Source: Candidatus Woesearchaeota archaeon
Lineage (GTDB): Archaea > Nanobdellota > Nanobdellia > SCGC-AAA011-G17 > GW2011-AR20
Length of the DNA stretch: 64,000 nucleotides
NCBI GenBank assembly: GCA_018303005.1
Contig: JAGVYY010000031.1
Coordinates: forward strand, 24,994 to 88,993
Reading direction: 5' to 3'
Shown here: piece by piece, positions 47,887 to 58,326 of the stretch
Layout: every line of letters starts with the position of its first letter
How positions within the stretch are numbered: position 1 is the stretch's first letter
The notes under the pieces: generated by a model
The model's database searches: none
What the model was told of the DNA's origin: nothing
What the model saw: the letters and a program-made list of their open reading frames with translations, nothing else
Made by a program: the position numbers and the translations under genes

Positions 47887-48217
47887 TCTGGTTGGAAGGC
47901 TGTGTGTTAAACTAGCAGGGCGTGAGAGTGGAAGACATTGCATCATAGTAGATATTATTGATGACAATTCTGTTATAATAGACGGGAATGTTAAAAGAAG
48001 AAAGTGTAATATAAACCATCTGGAATTTCTGAATAAAAAAGCAAATATTGTAAATGGAGCATCAACAGAACAAACTATTGAAGCCATGAAAAAAATAGGA
48101 ATAGAAATAATGACAAAGACAAAAAAGGAGAGAGCGCCAAAAGCACAAGAGAACAAGGAAGAAAAGAGCCAGAAAAAAGAAGAAAAAAGAATCAAAAATG
48201 AAAAAACAAAGAAATAA
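47879..48217 (+). CDS. rpl14e: Ribosomal protein eL14 with a K/E-rich tail
   Basis: GRLCVKLAGRESGRHCIIVDIIDDNSVIIDG...KRRKCNINHLE. Confidence 0.85.
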   Translation: MNNLVGRLCVKLAGRESGRHCIIVDIIDDNSVIIDGNVKRRKCNINHLEFLNKKANIVNGASTEQTIEAMKKIGIEIMTKTKKERAPKAQENKEEKSQKKEEKRIKNEKTKK

Positions 48218-48219
48218 TC

Positions 48220-48642
48220 ATGGTAAAAGATAAAAAAGATCAAGAAGATTATATCCAACTACAGATTCTAACGCAACAATTGCAGCAATATCAGAATAAT
48301 CTTGAGATAATTGATCATAATCTAACAGAATTGAAGAGGCTGGAGTTAAGCCTGGATGATTTTGAAAAAGTCAAAAAACAAAGTGTAATCATGGTTCCTA
48401 TAGGGCAAAACATATTCACAAAAGCCAGGCTTGAGGATGAAAAAGACCTGCTGGTTGCTGTAGGTTCAAGTGTTCTGGTAAAGAAGTCTGTTGCAGAAAC
48501 AAAAGAATTCATGAAAAAGCAGGAAGACGAGTTAGTATTAATTTTTAATCAACTGCGGGAAGAAATGCAAAATATATATCTGTACATACAACAGATACAA
48601 AACAAAGAGCAGCCTAATGAAGATCACGCAAGTGTAGGCTAG
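48220..48642 (+). CDS. pfdA: Prefoldin alpha subunit
   Basis: Coiled coil, then the beta hairpin region VIMVPIGQNIFTKARLEDEKDLLVAVGSSVLVKKS, then another coiled coil. Confidence 0.7.
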   Translation: MVKDKKDQEDYIQLQILTQQLQQYQNNLEIIDHNLTELKRLELSLDDFEKVKKQSVIMVPIGQNIFTKARLEDEKDLLVAVGSSVLVKKSVAETKEFMKKQEDELVLIFNQLREEMQNIYLYIQQIQNKEQPNEDHASVG

Positions 48643-48743
48643 GTAACCGGATTTTGTTTAAAAGTTGTTAATTTTTTGCTGCATTTCAAACAAAGCCAGA
48701 TAACCAATAAACTATATAAAGATTGAAAAATAAAAGACAATTC

Positions 48744-50018
48744 ATGAAAAAGATTGGTGCCTTAGTACTTTTCGTCATTATATTAAATATCGATGTCACA
48801 GCCCAGGATAACGCCCCTCCTGTTGCAGTTGCAGGCGGAGATGTTACAACAACATCTGGAAAGATCATAGTAATAGATGCCTTTCAGTCATATGATATTG
48901 ACAATGATATTGATGATAGTTCTTTTAGATGGTATGAAAATGAGCAGCAGATAGGCACTGGTAAGATATTAAGAATCAGCTACCCGAGAACAGGCAGACA
49001 TTTTGTCACGCTGAAGATAACAGATTTTATAGGACTGTCAGCAGCAGATGTAATCTCTATAAAAGTGAAAGAAAAAGAAACATGCAAAGGCACTAATGCG
49101 ATATATTTTCCTGAAGATACAATCTGTAACAACAAATGGCCGTCTAGAGATGGGGATCTTATGTATATTAATAGTGAAGATTACTCATGTAACCTTATAG
49201 AGGTTTGCAGTGATGATCTTGATTATATAGTAGAAGACTCAATAAAATGCTGTAGTAGAGCAGACTTGAATAGTCCTTTGAAAGAATCTGCCTGTGATTT
49301 TGCATTGCAGAAATCAAATGGGAATTTTAAGAAATGCCAGGCATTGTATGTAACAAAAGGATTAGGCACAGATCAGGTATACATGAAAGATTACTTAGAA
49401 GCAGAAATGTGCTGCTCAGCAGTTGGAAGCCTTTGCAGAAATACCAAGAATTTCTACTCTTTTAGACCATTACCGAATTCAGCCCCTACAATAGATATCA
49501 AAAAGTTAAAATGTGGTAGCTCTCCTGAAAACAACATTCCTGGAGAATGGATATCTGATATAGATTTAGGCAAAAATAATTTAGCATTGGTAGACTTACC
49601 CGCCCATGTCACAATAAACAAGTTAAGAGCCGGAACCTGTGTAGATTTCAGCCTGGCCTTGACAACATTATTAAGAAAAATAGGATATACCACATCTGAA
49701 GTTTATACAGTATCAACATCTAATCACGCATTTAATCTAGTTAAATTTCCATTAGACAAGAAATTTACATTGATTGACACAACAGGAACATCTCAGGATA
49801 TTAGAATGGGAAAAACACCTTCAAGTTATAAATATTGTGAAGAATTAGACAAATGCTGGAACGATCTTGGACAAGTAGCATGTCCTGGATTGTCAAATAT
49901 ATTTGCATGCGAAAATACACCTGAGGATTTCCTTAAAAAAACAGAAAGGACAAAGTTTACAATAAAAGACAAGACAAAGAAGCTCGTAAGGGCTATAAAA
50001 GCAGAGGCACAATTTTAA
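48744..50018 (+). CDS. Secreted protein with a PKD domain, a cysteine-rich region and a C-terminal transglutaminase-like cysteine-peptidase core
   Basis: Signal peptide MKKIGALVLFVIILNIDVTAQD. PKD-like APPVAVAGGD...VTLKITD. RAGTCVDFSLALTTLLRKIGY...SNHAFNLV gives a Cys/His core. Confidence 0.55.
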   Translation: MKKIGALVLFVIILNIDVTAQDNAPPVAVAGGDVTTTSGKIIVIDAFQSYDIDNDIDDSSFRWYENEQQIGTGKILRISYPRTGRHFVTLKITDFIGLSAADVISIKVKEKETCKGTNAIYFPEDTICNNKWPSRDGDLMYINSEDYSCNLIEVCSDDLDYIVEDSIKCCSRADLNSPLKESACDFALQKSNGNFKKCQALYVTKGLGTDQVYMKDYLEAEMCCSAVGSLCRNTKNFYSFRPLPNSAPTIDIKKLKCGSSPENNIPGEWISDIDLGKNNLALVDLPAHVTINKLRAGTCVDFSLALTTLLRKIGYTTSEVYTVSTSNHAFNLVKFPLDKKFTLIDTTGTSQDIRMGKTPSSYKYCEELDKCWNDLGQVACPGLSNIFACENTPEDFLKKTERTKFTIKDKTKKLVRAIKAEAQF

Positions 50019-50037
50019 AAAGAAAGAAAACTACAAA

Positions 50038-50787
50038 ATGAGAATGAATTACAAACCAGCGATTATTATTGTACTGATGTTGGTAAATATATATATAGTT
50101 CAGGCAGATGATATAACCATAACAAGATCAGTTCCGCCAGAATCTAAATATGGTGACCAGATAAAGATTACTATTTCTTTAACAAATAACATAGATGTCA
50201 AAAAAACTTATGAAGTAAAAGAAAGACTCCCTTTGAATACAGTTCTGATAGATCCACAAAAACCTTCTGAAACAAGGATGTTTAATGCAGTGGAAGTATC
50301 ATTTCTTGCATGGACATTAGATCTAAATCCGGGTGAAACAAAATCAGTTTCATATACAATAAGACCGGATAGAATAGGAGATTATACCATAATAAATGCA
50401 GAAGCAGTTGATATTTCAACAACAGAGATTTATAACAGTGCCAAGTCCCAGTTTGACGTAACATGCATATCAGACAATATATGCAACACTGACATAGGAG
50501 AAAATTACCTGACTTGTCCGGCAGATTGTACAACAGGATTTGGAGATGGCATCTGCAATTCTATTCCTGATAATCAATGTGATCCAGACTGCACAAAAGA
50601 TCCAGACTGTGCACCACATAGGTTCAATATATTGTACATAATAGTGCCCATCTCAGTGATAGTCCTGGTTCTCTTGTTTTATTTCTTCAGGAAACCAAAA
50701 AGAGGTATACCCTACACAGAAAACCAAGAAAAACAAGGGCAAAATAACAGCCATGAACAAAAGCCAGAAGGAGTGCTTTATAGCTAG
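50038..50787 (+). CDS. Cell-surface protein with a DUF11/CARDB-like domain, a cysteine-rich module, a C-terminal TM anchor and a short cytoplasmic tail
   Basis: Signal peptide, then ...LNPGETKSVSYTIRPDRIGDYTIINAEAV, then multiple CxxxC, then TM ILYIIVPISVIVLVLLFYFF. Confidence 0.5.
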   Translation: MRMNYKPAIIIVLMLVNIYIVQADDITITRSVPPESKYGDQIKITISLTNNIDVKKTYEVKERLPLNTVLIDPQKPSETRMFNAVEVSFLAWTLDLNPGETKSVSYTIRPDRIGDYTIINAEAVDISTTEIYNSAKSQFDVTCISDNICNTDIGENYLTCPADCTTGFGDGICNSIPDNQCDPDCTKDPDCAPHRFNILYIIVPISVIVLVLLFYFFRKPKRGIPYTENQEKQGQNNSHEQKPEGVLYS

Positions 50788-50866
50788 TCTGTAAAAAAAA
50801 CAGCCAATACTGATAGCAGTTAATATTAATATAAATCTATATAAATAAATTCAATCCAATTGTTAT

Positions 50867-51920
50867 ATGGAATTTTTTAAGGCGTTAAAATATTATTCAA
50901 GAAAAGATATACAGGCAGAGATGTTAAATTTTTCAAAGAATCGGGAATTTATACCTCAATTCAGGGGAAGCTTCGGGAAAAGGCCTGATATAATCCAATA
51001 CAATGGAGCTTGATCAGTTAAGGTTTTCATGGGATCTTGTTATTGATGTTGATTTTGAGATATTTGAATGCTCACGAATAATAACAAGCCATATAATAAC
51101 AGCATTGAAGGAGCATGGTATAAAGAACATGTTTGTTAAATTCTCCGGAAATAAAGGATTCCACATATTAATACCTTTTGAATCTTTTCCAGAAAATATT
51201 AAAAAATATAAGACAAAAGACCTGTTTCCAGAAATCCCGAAATCTATATTATTCTATCTAAGCGATTATGTAGATAATGAAAAAAACGGATTTAAGCTCT
51301 CTAAAGAGATATTGGCAAATAAAAGTTTCCAGGATTATTTAAGATCGAAAAATAAATCAGAAAAAGATTTTGTCCAGGAGATATGTACAAAATGCAAAAA
51401 GCAAAAAATTAACGAGGAAAAGATAGAATTCGTTTGTCCTTACTGCAACAAGGTTTATATTGAGGACATAAAGACCAAATTCAAGACGTGCGAAAGGTGC
51501 AAAAAATTAACAGAAAAGATAAATTCAATAAAGATAAAATGCTCTTGCGGCAATACAAGATATGCAAGAAAGATAAATCTTTCCCTAGATTCTATTCTAA
51601 TATCAAGCAGGCATTTGTTTAGAGCTCCATATTCATTAAACGAGAAATCTGGGCTAGTGTCAGTTCCTGTAAACCCAGACAGTGTGTTAAGTTTTGATAG
51701 GGAAAAAGCCAGGATGGAAAATATAAAGGAAATAAAGCCATTCATAGATAAATCCAGAATTAAATCAGAAGAAGCCAAGAGGCTTTTTAACATAGCATTC
51801 CAAGATGTGGAAGAATCTGAATCAGGTAAGAAATACAAAGAATTTGAAATACCAAAAGAAGCATTAAATATCGATAATTTTCCACCATGCATCTTGCTAG
51901 GGCTTAATGGACTTAGATAG
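50867..51920 (+). CDS. priS: DNA primase small (catalytic) subunit PriS. The N-terminal 48 codons (50867-51013) are in a different frame from the main ORF (51003-51920)
   Basis: The main ORF has DLVIDVDFE and SGNKGFHILIPF catalytic motifs plus a zinc knuckle. The upstream frame encodes MEFFKALKYYSRKDIQAEMLNFSKNREFIPQF...IIQY. Deleting one A near 51001 joins the frames (..IIQYMELDQLRFSWDLVIDVD). Confidence 0.65.
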
Positions 51921-52220
51921 TGTTAGAATGGAATAAGAAAAATTCACAGCCTTTAAAAGACGGCTACATACAATCCCAGATATCATGGCATAAAAGGCAA
52001 AAGCAGGTTCCCCCACCAAATTGCCCGGGCAATTCAGGAATGGCTTATTATACTGATCTGAACATTTGCAGGCCTGACAGCATATGCAAATCAATAAAAA
52101 ACCCAGCACAATACACAGTCAAGAAAAGCAAGCTGCATAAATAGATTTAACACATATTCAGTTAAGTTTAAATAATAAATTAGATAACTTAAATCTCAGG
52201 ATAAGAAAAAAGAGGAGATT

Positions 52221-53807
52221 ATGAAAGAAAAATTTGTCGTATTTTTTTTACTGTTTATAATATTTATACCGTTGGTAAATGCAGATTTTAACAAAAAGAG
52301 TTCAATCGACTGGCTGACAAAGAATACTAAATGGCAGCAGGATCAAATACAAGATGTTTCTCTTGCTTTATTGGCGTTATTATCAAACAATATAAATCCA
52401 ACAACACAGGCATCTATACTGCTGCAGAGGCAGGATAGCAATCACTGTTATCCAAAAAATAACTGCAATGTCAAGGATACAGCATTTGCACTTCTTTTTT
52501 TAAACAAGTTGGGGATTGAAAGAGAGATAAATGCAACATTAACCTGGATGGGATCGACAAAAACAAAGGCGAATATAAATGGACAATGGCTAATCCAAGT
52601 CTTGACAGACAAAACAGGTAAATGTGTTTTAACACACAACAACATAAATTTTAATTTTTCAATAGATGATAAGGGCAAAATCCAGCCCTATGATGTTAAT
52701 TGGCTTGATATAAAAAACAATCTGAAAATAAGCATAGAACAGCCCATAGAGAGATTTTCAGTGGAATGTAAAAGCATTAATGATCCAAACATGGTAACAT
52801 CGCTATTGAGACAGTCAGGAGATGAGATATATATAGTAAAACAGGAAAGTGGGGACAGGGCAGAAGTAGAACTAAACAGCGCCTGTTATCCATTGACAAA
52901 AGGGGGATCTTGTGATGTTGAAACATCATTCTTAACATCATGGGTTATCTACAAGACAACAGGAAAGATAGATACAATGCCCTTTTTAGAGGACAATGCA
53001 CAAACAAACATTCATTATGCAATACTTAATGAGCTCAACAAAGGCAATCAAAAATATGTTGGTTTATTGACAGAAGGAAAAAACAAGGAGAAATATTGGG
53101 ATGATGTATTTACGACTTCATTCGTAATTGATTCTTTAAAAAGTACAGGAAATTCAGTATTGGTAAGCGACTCAATTGAATGGTTAAAATTACAGCAGAT
53201 ATCAACAGGAGAAAACAAAGGGTCTTTTAACAACGGAAATATGAAAGATACAGCAGCAGCCATTTATCTCGGTTTAAATGATCAGTCTACATTTAATCCA
53301 GGCTCGACAGATATTCCTCCTGAAGATGCATATACAAATCAGACACAGAACAATAAAACACAATCTGTTGTACAGTGTGTGACAGATTATGATTGCTATC
53401 CAGGCATTTGTAACCAAGGGACTTGTAAAGAAGTGCAGCAAGTAACATCATCAACCACAATACAAGAACCATTATTAACCACTTCAACCACAATAGAAGG
53501 AGATACTTCTGGTACAGAAGGAGATACCTCTGATACGGGAAATGGTTCTTCCATCTTGAAGATCATAATTCCTTTAGCAATAATTATATTCGCAGGCATT
53601 GGAATATTTTTATACAAAAAATTTTCAAAAAAGCCAGATATTAACGAGGATAATTTTTTCTTAGAACAAAAGAGAGAATCAGAAACAAGCAGGGAAATGC
53701 CAACAGAACAGCGAAGAAGCTATAGACCAAGCCCGAAGGATGAAGCTATAGAGAGAGAGTTAGAGAAATCGCTTAATGACGCCAGAGATTTGTTCAAAAA
53801 GAAATAA
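52221..53807 (+). CDS. Large surface protein. It has a signal peptide, alpha-alpha toroid (prenyltransferase/terpene-cyclase-like) repeats, a Cys-rich module, a Thr/Ser-rich linker and a C-terminal TM anchor
   Basis: 528 aa. C-terminal ...TSSTTIQEPLLTTSTTIEGDTSGTEGDTSDTGNGSS plus the TM helix ILKIIIPLAIIIFAGIGIFLY. Confidence 0.45.
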   Translation: MKEKFVVFFLLFIIFIPLVNADFNKKSSIDWLTKNTKWQQDQIQDVSLALLALLSNNINPTTQASILLQRQDSNHCYPKNNCNVKDTAFALLFLNKLGIEREINATLTWMGSTKTKANINGQWLIQVLTDKTGKCVLTHNNINFNFSIDDKGKIQPYDVNWLDIKNNLKISIEQPIERFSVECKSINDPNMVTSLLRQSGDEIYIVKQESGDRAEVELNSACYPLTKGGSCDVETSFLTSWVIYKTTGKIDTMPFLEDNAQTNIHYAILNELNKGNQKYVGLLTEGKNKEKYWDDVFTTSFVIDSLKSTGNSVLVSDSIEWLKLQQISTGENKGSFNNGNMKDTAAAIYLGLNDQSTFNPGSTDIPPEDAYTNQTQNNKTQSVVQCVTDYDCYPGICNQGTCKEVQQVTSSTTIQEPLLTTSTTIEGDTSGTEGDTSDTGNGSSILKIIIPLAIIIFAGIGIFLYKKFSKKPDINEDNFFLEQKRESETSREMPTEQRRSYRPSPKDEAIERELEKSLNDARDLFKKK

Positions 53808-54096
53808 GCATAATTCTAGAAAGTATAGATAAGAATTTCTTTATAGAATAATATCTGGGTAATATCTAATAAGAAATGAATGGAAAAACCAAGGAAAACC
53901 ATACAAAAAAGGCAGGAGGATAAATTGTTAGGTGCTATAATAGGGTTAATAACAGGGTAATAATGTTTTTTGGTATAAGAATTAAAGAGGTATAAGATAT
54001 AAAAATGAATTATCTTTTCATAAAATAAAAGTTTAAATACCTATAGAGAAAGGAATATAAACATAAGAAATTGATTGACATTAAAAAGAGGGAATA

Positions 54097-55116
54097 ATGC
54101 AACTGCTGTTCAGATTAATAGAATCATTTGGGACTTCTGGAAATGAGGGTATCATAAGAAACATAATCTCAAAAGAAATAAAACCATATGTTGATGATTT
54201 AATGACAGACAAGCTTGGCAACCTTATTGCCCATAAAAAAGGCAAAGAACCAAAATTAATGATAGCTGCCCATATGGATGAAATAGGCCTGATGACCAAG
54301 AGCATTGATGAAAGAGGAAGAATATACTTTTCAAATATCGGTGGCATAAACCCACTGGTCCTGATAGGCCATTCAGTGTATTTAATTGCAAAAAAAAGTA
54401 AAATCCATGGTGTAATAACAACAGAAGAGCTAAGCAATGATTTTTCAGTCCAGAGATTACCAAAGATTGAAGATTTGTTTGTAGACACAGGTTTGTCAAA
54501 AAAACATTTGATTAAACTAGGCATAAGACCCGGTAATTATTTGATTCTGGAACATAAGTTAAACCCTTACCTGGGAAATAAAAATCTGATTGCAGGCAAG
54601 GCATTGGATGATCGAATAGGCTGCTACATCTTGGTAGAGTTGATAAAACAGCTGGAAAATTTAAGAAATGAGGTCTTTTTTGTTTTTACAGTGCAGGAAG
54701 AGATAGGGCTTTATGGTGCAAAGACGTCAGCATATAGGATAAATCCGGATTGGGCAGTTGCTGTTGATGTGACTAATGCAGATGATATGTCAAGTCATCC
54801 AACAATAATTCTTGGAAAAGGTCCTTGTCTGACAATAAAAGATGCTGACATGGTTTCAAGCAGATGTTTAAACAATCATTTAGAGAAAATAGCAAAAAAA
54901 AAGAATATCCCGATACAATATGATGTTTCAGACTTCGGCGCAACAGATGCTGTGAACATAGCAGCGTCAAAGGAAGGGGTCGCATCGACGGTAATATGCA
55001 TTCCAGTGAGAAATCTGCATTCTACGATAGGTATTGCTCATAAGAAAGACATAACCAATGCAATACAATTATTAAAAGAATTAATAAAGAATCCTCCGAA
55101 GACCTGTGATGATTGA
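54097..55116 (+). CDS. M42-family aminopeptidase (TET/FrvX-like)
   Basis: AAHMDEIGLM...GKALDDRIGC...VQEEIGLYGA. 339 aa. A paralog is at 61755-62774. Confidence 0.8.
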   Translation: MQLLFRLIESFGTSGNEGIIRNIISKEIKPYVDDLMTDKLGNLIAHKKGKEPKLMIAAHMDEIGLMTKSIDERGRIYFSNIGGINPLVLIGHSVYLIAKKSKIHGVITTEELSNDFSVQRLPKIEDLFVDTGLSKKHLIKLGIRPGNYLILEHKLNPYLGNKNLIAGKALDDRIGCYILVELIKQLENLRNEVFFVFTVQEEIGLYGAKTSAYRINPDWAVAVDVTNADDMSSHPTIILGKGPCLTIKDADMVSSRCLNNHLEKIAKKKNIPIQYDVSDFGATDAVNIAASKEGVASTVICIPVRNLHSTIGIAHKKDITNAIQLLKELIKNPPKTCDD

Positions 55117-55228
55117 TTATAGTTTATAATTCTAAACTACAAATAAAAGGCAGTTTCCTTAGGCATTTTTGATATTGATAATTAGATTACTGTTTAATAG
55201 ATATTAATAAAGAATAACAGCGATATGA

Positions 55229-55876
55229 CTATTCTTCAAAGACAATCCTTGCATCAACAACTTTTCCGCTGATGTCATTTATTATAATAGGATTAATATC
55301 CATTTCAGTAAGATTATCATTTATCATAGGTATCTTAGATATTTTAACAAGTATGTTCTTAAGAAACCTAAAGTTTACAGGCTTTTGCCCTCTTACACCA
55401 TATAATATTTTTTTCGTCCTTAATTCGTCAATCATTTCTTGTGCATCTTTCTCTGTAATCGGGCAGACTCTGAAGGTTACATCTTTCAGAACTTCAGTGA
55501 ATATGCCACCAAATCCAAAGCCAATAACATGCCCAAAAGTGCAATCTTTTTTAATTCCAATCAGCAGTTCTTTGCCATATATATATTCCTGTGTAAGTAT
55601 GCCTTCAATATTCTTAATTTTTAATTTTTTTATAATCTTCATTATTTCTTCATATTCTTTAGGGATGTCTTCATAATCATAGCATATCCTTACCCCACCA
55701 ATATCGCTTTTATGTATCACATCAATAGAGATTATCTTCAGGTCAATAGGAAATCTCATGGTTTTGGCAACTTTCATCAGTTCATCATAAGAATGTGTCA
55801 AGAATCTTTTAGATACAGGAATTCCATGCTTGATCAAAAAATTCTCTGCCTGGTATTCAGCATATATTTTCTTCAT
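55229..55876 (-). CDS. Acetyl-CoA synthetase (ADP-forming) beta subunit, ATP-grasp domain
   Basis: ATP-grasp-like; HKSDIGGVRI...GFGFGGIFTEVLKD. Confidence 0.55.
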   Translation of the reverse strand: MKKIYAEYQAENFLIKHGIPVSKRFLTHSYDELMKVAKTMRFPIDLKIISIDVIHKSDIGGVRICYDYEDIPKEYEEIMKIIKKLKIKNIEGILTQEYIYGKELLIGIKKDCTFGHVIGFGFGGIFTEVLKDVTFRVCPITEKDAQEMIDELRTKKILYGVRGQKPVNFRFLKNILVKISKIPMINDNLTEMDINPIIINDISGKVVDARIVFEE

Positions 55877-56395
55877 GCAAAGATAATCACAAAAATCTTA
55901 TATAAATGTATTCTACTATTCCATAATTATAACAAATAGATTGTACATTTTTTACATTATTATAGAATTATTATAAATTAGAACAATCACAATATAATGA
56001 CTACTTAAGAATAATAAAAATAGAAAGTTTTATATACTATTTATTACCATAATTTAGTAGTAGTTTATACATGAACTTAATACAAAAATGTTAAAAATTT
56101 TTACGATAACAAAAAAATAGCAAAACATGGAACCCAATCTGTAATAGTTATACCTTCCTTTCTTAAAGAAGAATTAAGACCAAAAACTATTGTAGAGGTT
56201 AAGATTAATGTTATTAAGGAGTTTAAAGATGGCATTTAGACCTATAGTTTATAAGAATAGAACCGAATTAGCTAATCTTAATGGTATGCCTGTTTATATG
56301 CATGATATGATAGATGATGCTTTAAGAGGCAGGTTAAATACATTTTTACAAGGTGATACAGGATATCTGGCAAAACACAAATAGTAAGGGACGTT

Positions 56396-56755
56396 ATGCA
56401 TTATTTCGGAGACAAATCTTTATTTATTCTAGGAAGAAATGACATGGATACAAGAGAATTATTCCAGCAGATAAATCCTGAATTCTTAAGAGCTATAAAA
56501 GAACATCAACAAATTACTACATCAAATGTAAAATTTAAAGAATTAACAGATAAGGTGGGTTATCATTTAATTGCCGTAGATGAATTAACAAATAGTGTTC
56601 CAGATGTCAGAGCTCAATTATTTAATTTATTTGATGGTTTTATAGAAATAGATGGAAAAGCTTATCCAATAGGTTCTGATTATTCAATATGGGGTGATAC
56701 ATTCAATTATCGGAATAAAATAATTAAAGGGATAAATAAAAGAAAAACATTATAA
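56396..56755 (+). CDS. Hypothetical protein
   Basis: 119 aa. A 51-aa ORF at 56229-56384 sits just upstream in another frame. Confidence 0.3.
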   Translation: MHYFGDKSLFILGRNDMDTRELFQQINPEFLRAIKEHQQITTSNVKFKELTDKVGYHLIAVDELTNSVPDVRAQLFNLFDGFIEIDGKAYPIGSDYSIWGDTFNYRNKIIKGINKRKTL

Positions 56756-56774
56756 TCAAATTAAACAGAGAACA

Positions 56775-57521
56775 TTATCTCATAAATTTCCATTCATCCT
56801 TCTTGAATTTATTTTTTGACAGAAATTCAGCTCTTTTTAATTCCATGATCTCCCATTCTCCAAAATCAAATTCTTTATTTTTTGTAAAACCATGAATCAA
56901 AGCATTAACAACATCATTCTTACTTACATCTGTAAGATCTTTGACACATGTAACCCTTTCCTTAACATTGCTGATAAACTTATCAGAAATCTTTTCTTTT
57001 GCGACATTCAGAAAAGAGAACATCTTCTCGACATTAAGATCGTACAATAAAGTCCCATGCACCAGGATACAATCATTTTTTATACTTAAGGCATTACCGG
57101 ATATTTTCTTGTTGTTTGCAGTTATGTCATTGATGGGCTTAAATTCCCCTTTGATTCCTAAATTGTTCAGGCTGTCTATAATCCAGTCACCAACTATCCG
57201 GTAGCATTTGCTTATGTCATTCTCAAAATACTTCTTTGGCACAGCTACACTATATGTCAGACCTCCATCATTATCCTGATAAACCGCTCCTCCGCCAGAG
57301 ATTCTCCTTACAAATTCAATACCATTCTTTTTACAGTTTTCAAGATTGACCTCATCCTTCATTTTTTGGAAGTAGCCTATTATAACGGCACTATTTTTCC
57401 ATCCATAAAACCTGATTGTTGGTTTTACAAATTCTTTACCAACAAACTCAGTCAGGGTTTCATCAAGGGCAAGATTCATGTAAGGATCATGCATTTCTAG
57501 TTTTATAACTCTCCATTTCAT
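56775..57521 (-). CDS. lplA: Lipoate-protein ligase A, catalytic N-terminal domain (LplA-N)
   Basis: RRISGGGAVYQDNDGG and KISGNA motifs. Confidence 0.75.
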   Translation of the reverse strand: MKWRVIKLEMHDPYMNLALDETLTEFVGKEFVKPTIRFYGWKNSAVIIGYFQKMKDEVNLENCKKNGIEFVRRISGGGAVYQDNDGGLTYSVAVPKKYFENDISKCYRIVGDWIIDSLNNLGIKGEFKPINDITANNKKISGNALSIKNDCILVHGTLLYDLNVEKMFSFLNVAKEKISDKFISNVKERVTCVKDLTDVSKNDVVNALIHGFTKNKEFDFGEWEIMELKRAEFLSKNKFKKDEWKFMR

Positions 57522-57820
57522 TTTACAGCCTCTTTTATGACATTTGTCAGGTCTTCTTCATCAAAACCGATCAGTTTTATATCCCTCATCCTAATGAAGT
57601 TCCTAAGTTTGTATTCTATAACTTCTTTCTCTAATCTAACATCCAGGCCAACAAGGAATTCCTCAATTTCATTTATTGATTCTTCAGGATGTATGAAAAA
57701 ATCACCAGAGATCCGAATCTTTCTTATCATATCATGGTAATCTATCAGAACTGTTACTAGCTTGCCATTTAATACCTTCTTACTGGCCATGCCTATCATA
57801 AATAAACTAAATATAGACAA
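57518..57820 (-). CDS. lplB: Lipoate-protein ligase C-terminal domain protein (LplB), encoded separately as in Thermoplasma-type split LplA
   Basis: 100 aa, translationally coupled upstream of lplA-N (4-nt overlap). Confidence 0.55.
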   Translation of the reverse strand: MSIFSLFMIGMASKKVLNGKLVTVLIDYHDMIRKIRISGDFFIHPEESINEIEEFLVGLDVRLEKEVIEYKLRNFIRMRDIKLIGFDEEDLTNVIKEAVK

Positions 57821-57894
57821 GTTTTTTATACTTTCTTATGTTGCAAAAGATATTTAAATTCAATAAGACTACTTAAATTAAAAAGAGAGGTAAA

Positions 57895-58326
57895 ATGAAA
57901 GTAAAAGAAGTAATGGAGAAACCAGTATTTATCCCAATAGGTTCTACTAAAAAACAAATTCTTTCAATTGTAAAAAAATATCCAAAAACAAAAATTTTTC
58001 TTATTGTGGATAAAAACAAAAAATTTTTAGGAGACATTCATGAGGATGATTTATTCTATATGATGATACCAAATGAAAAGTATGAAGATATCGGTATAAG
58101 TTTATCTTTTGATCTTGAAAAAAAGTTTTTTGCAAATAATGCTAAGGAAATTATGCGCAAACATGATGTTACATGTTATGAAGATGATGGTATTTTAGCC
58201 ACATCATTAAAATTCGCAGGTGCTGAAGTTAATGAAATCCCGGTTTTAAATAAAAAAAATAAAGTTGTAGGAGTAATAACACAAGGTATACTATTAAGGA
58301 ATATAAACAAAACCAAAAATGATTGA
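57895..58326 (+). CDS. CBS-domain pair protein
   Basis: Two CBS motifs. 143 aa. Confidence 0.7.
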   Translation: MKVKEVMEKPVFIPIGSTKKQILSIVKKYPKTKIFLIVDKNKKFLGDIHEDDLFYMMIPNEKYEDIGISLSFDLEKKFFANNAKEIMRKHDVTCYEDDGILATSLKFAGAEVNEIPVLNKKNKVVGVITQGILLRNINKTKND

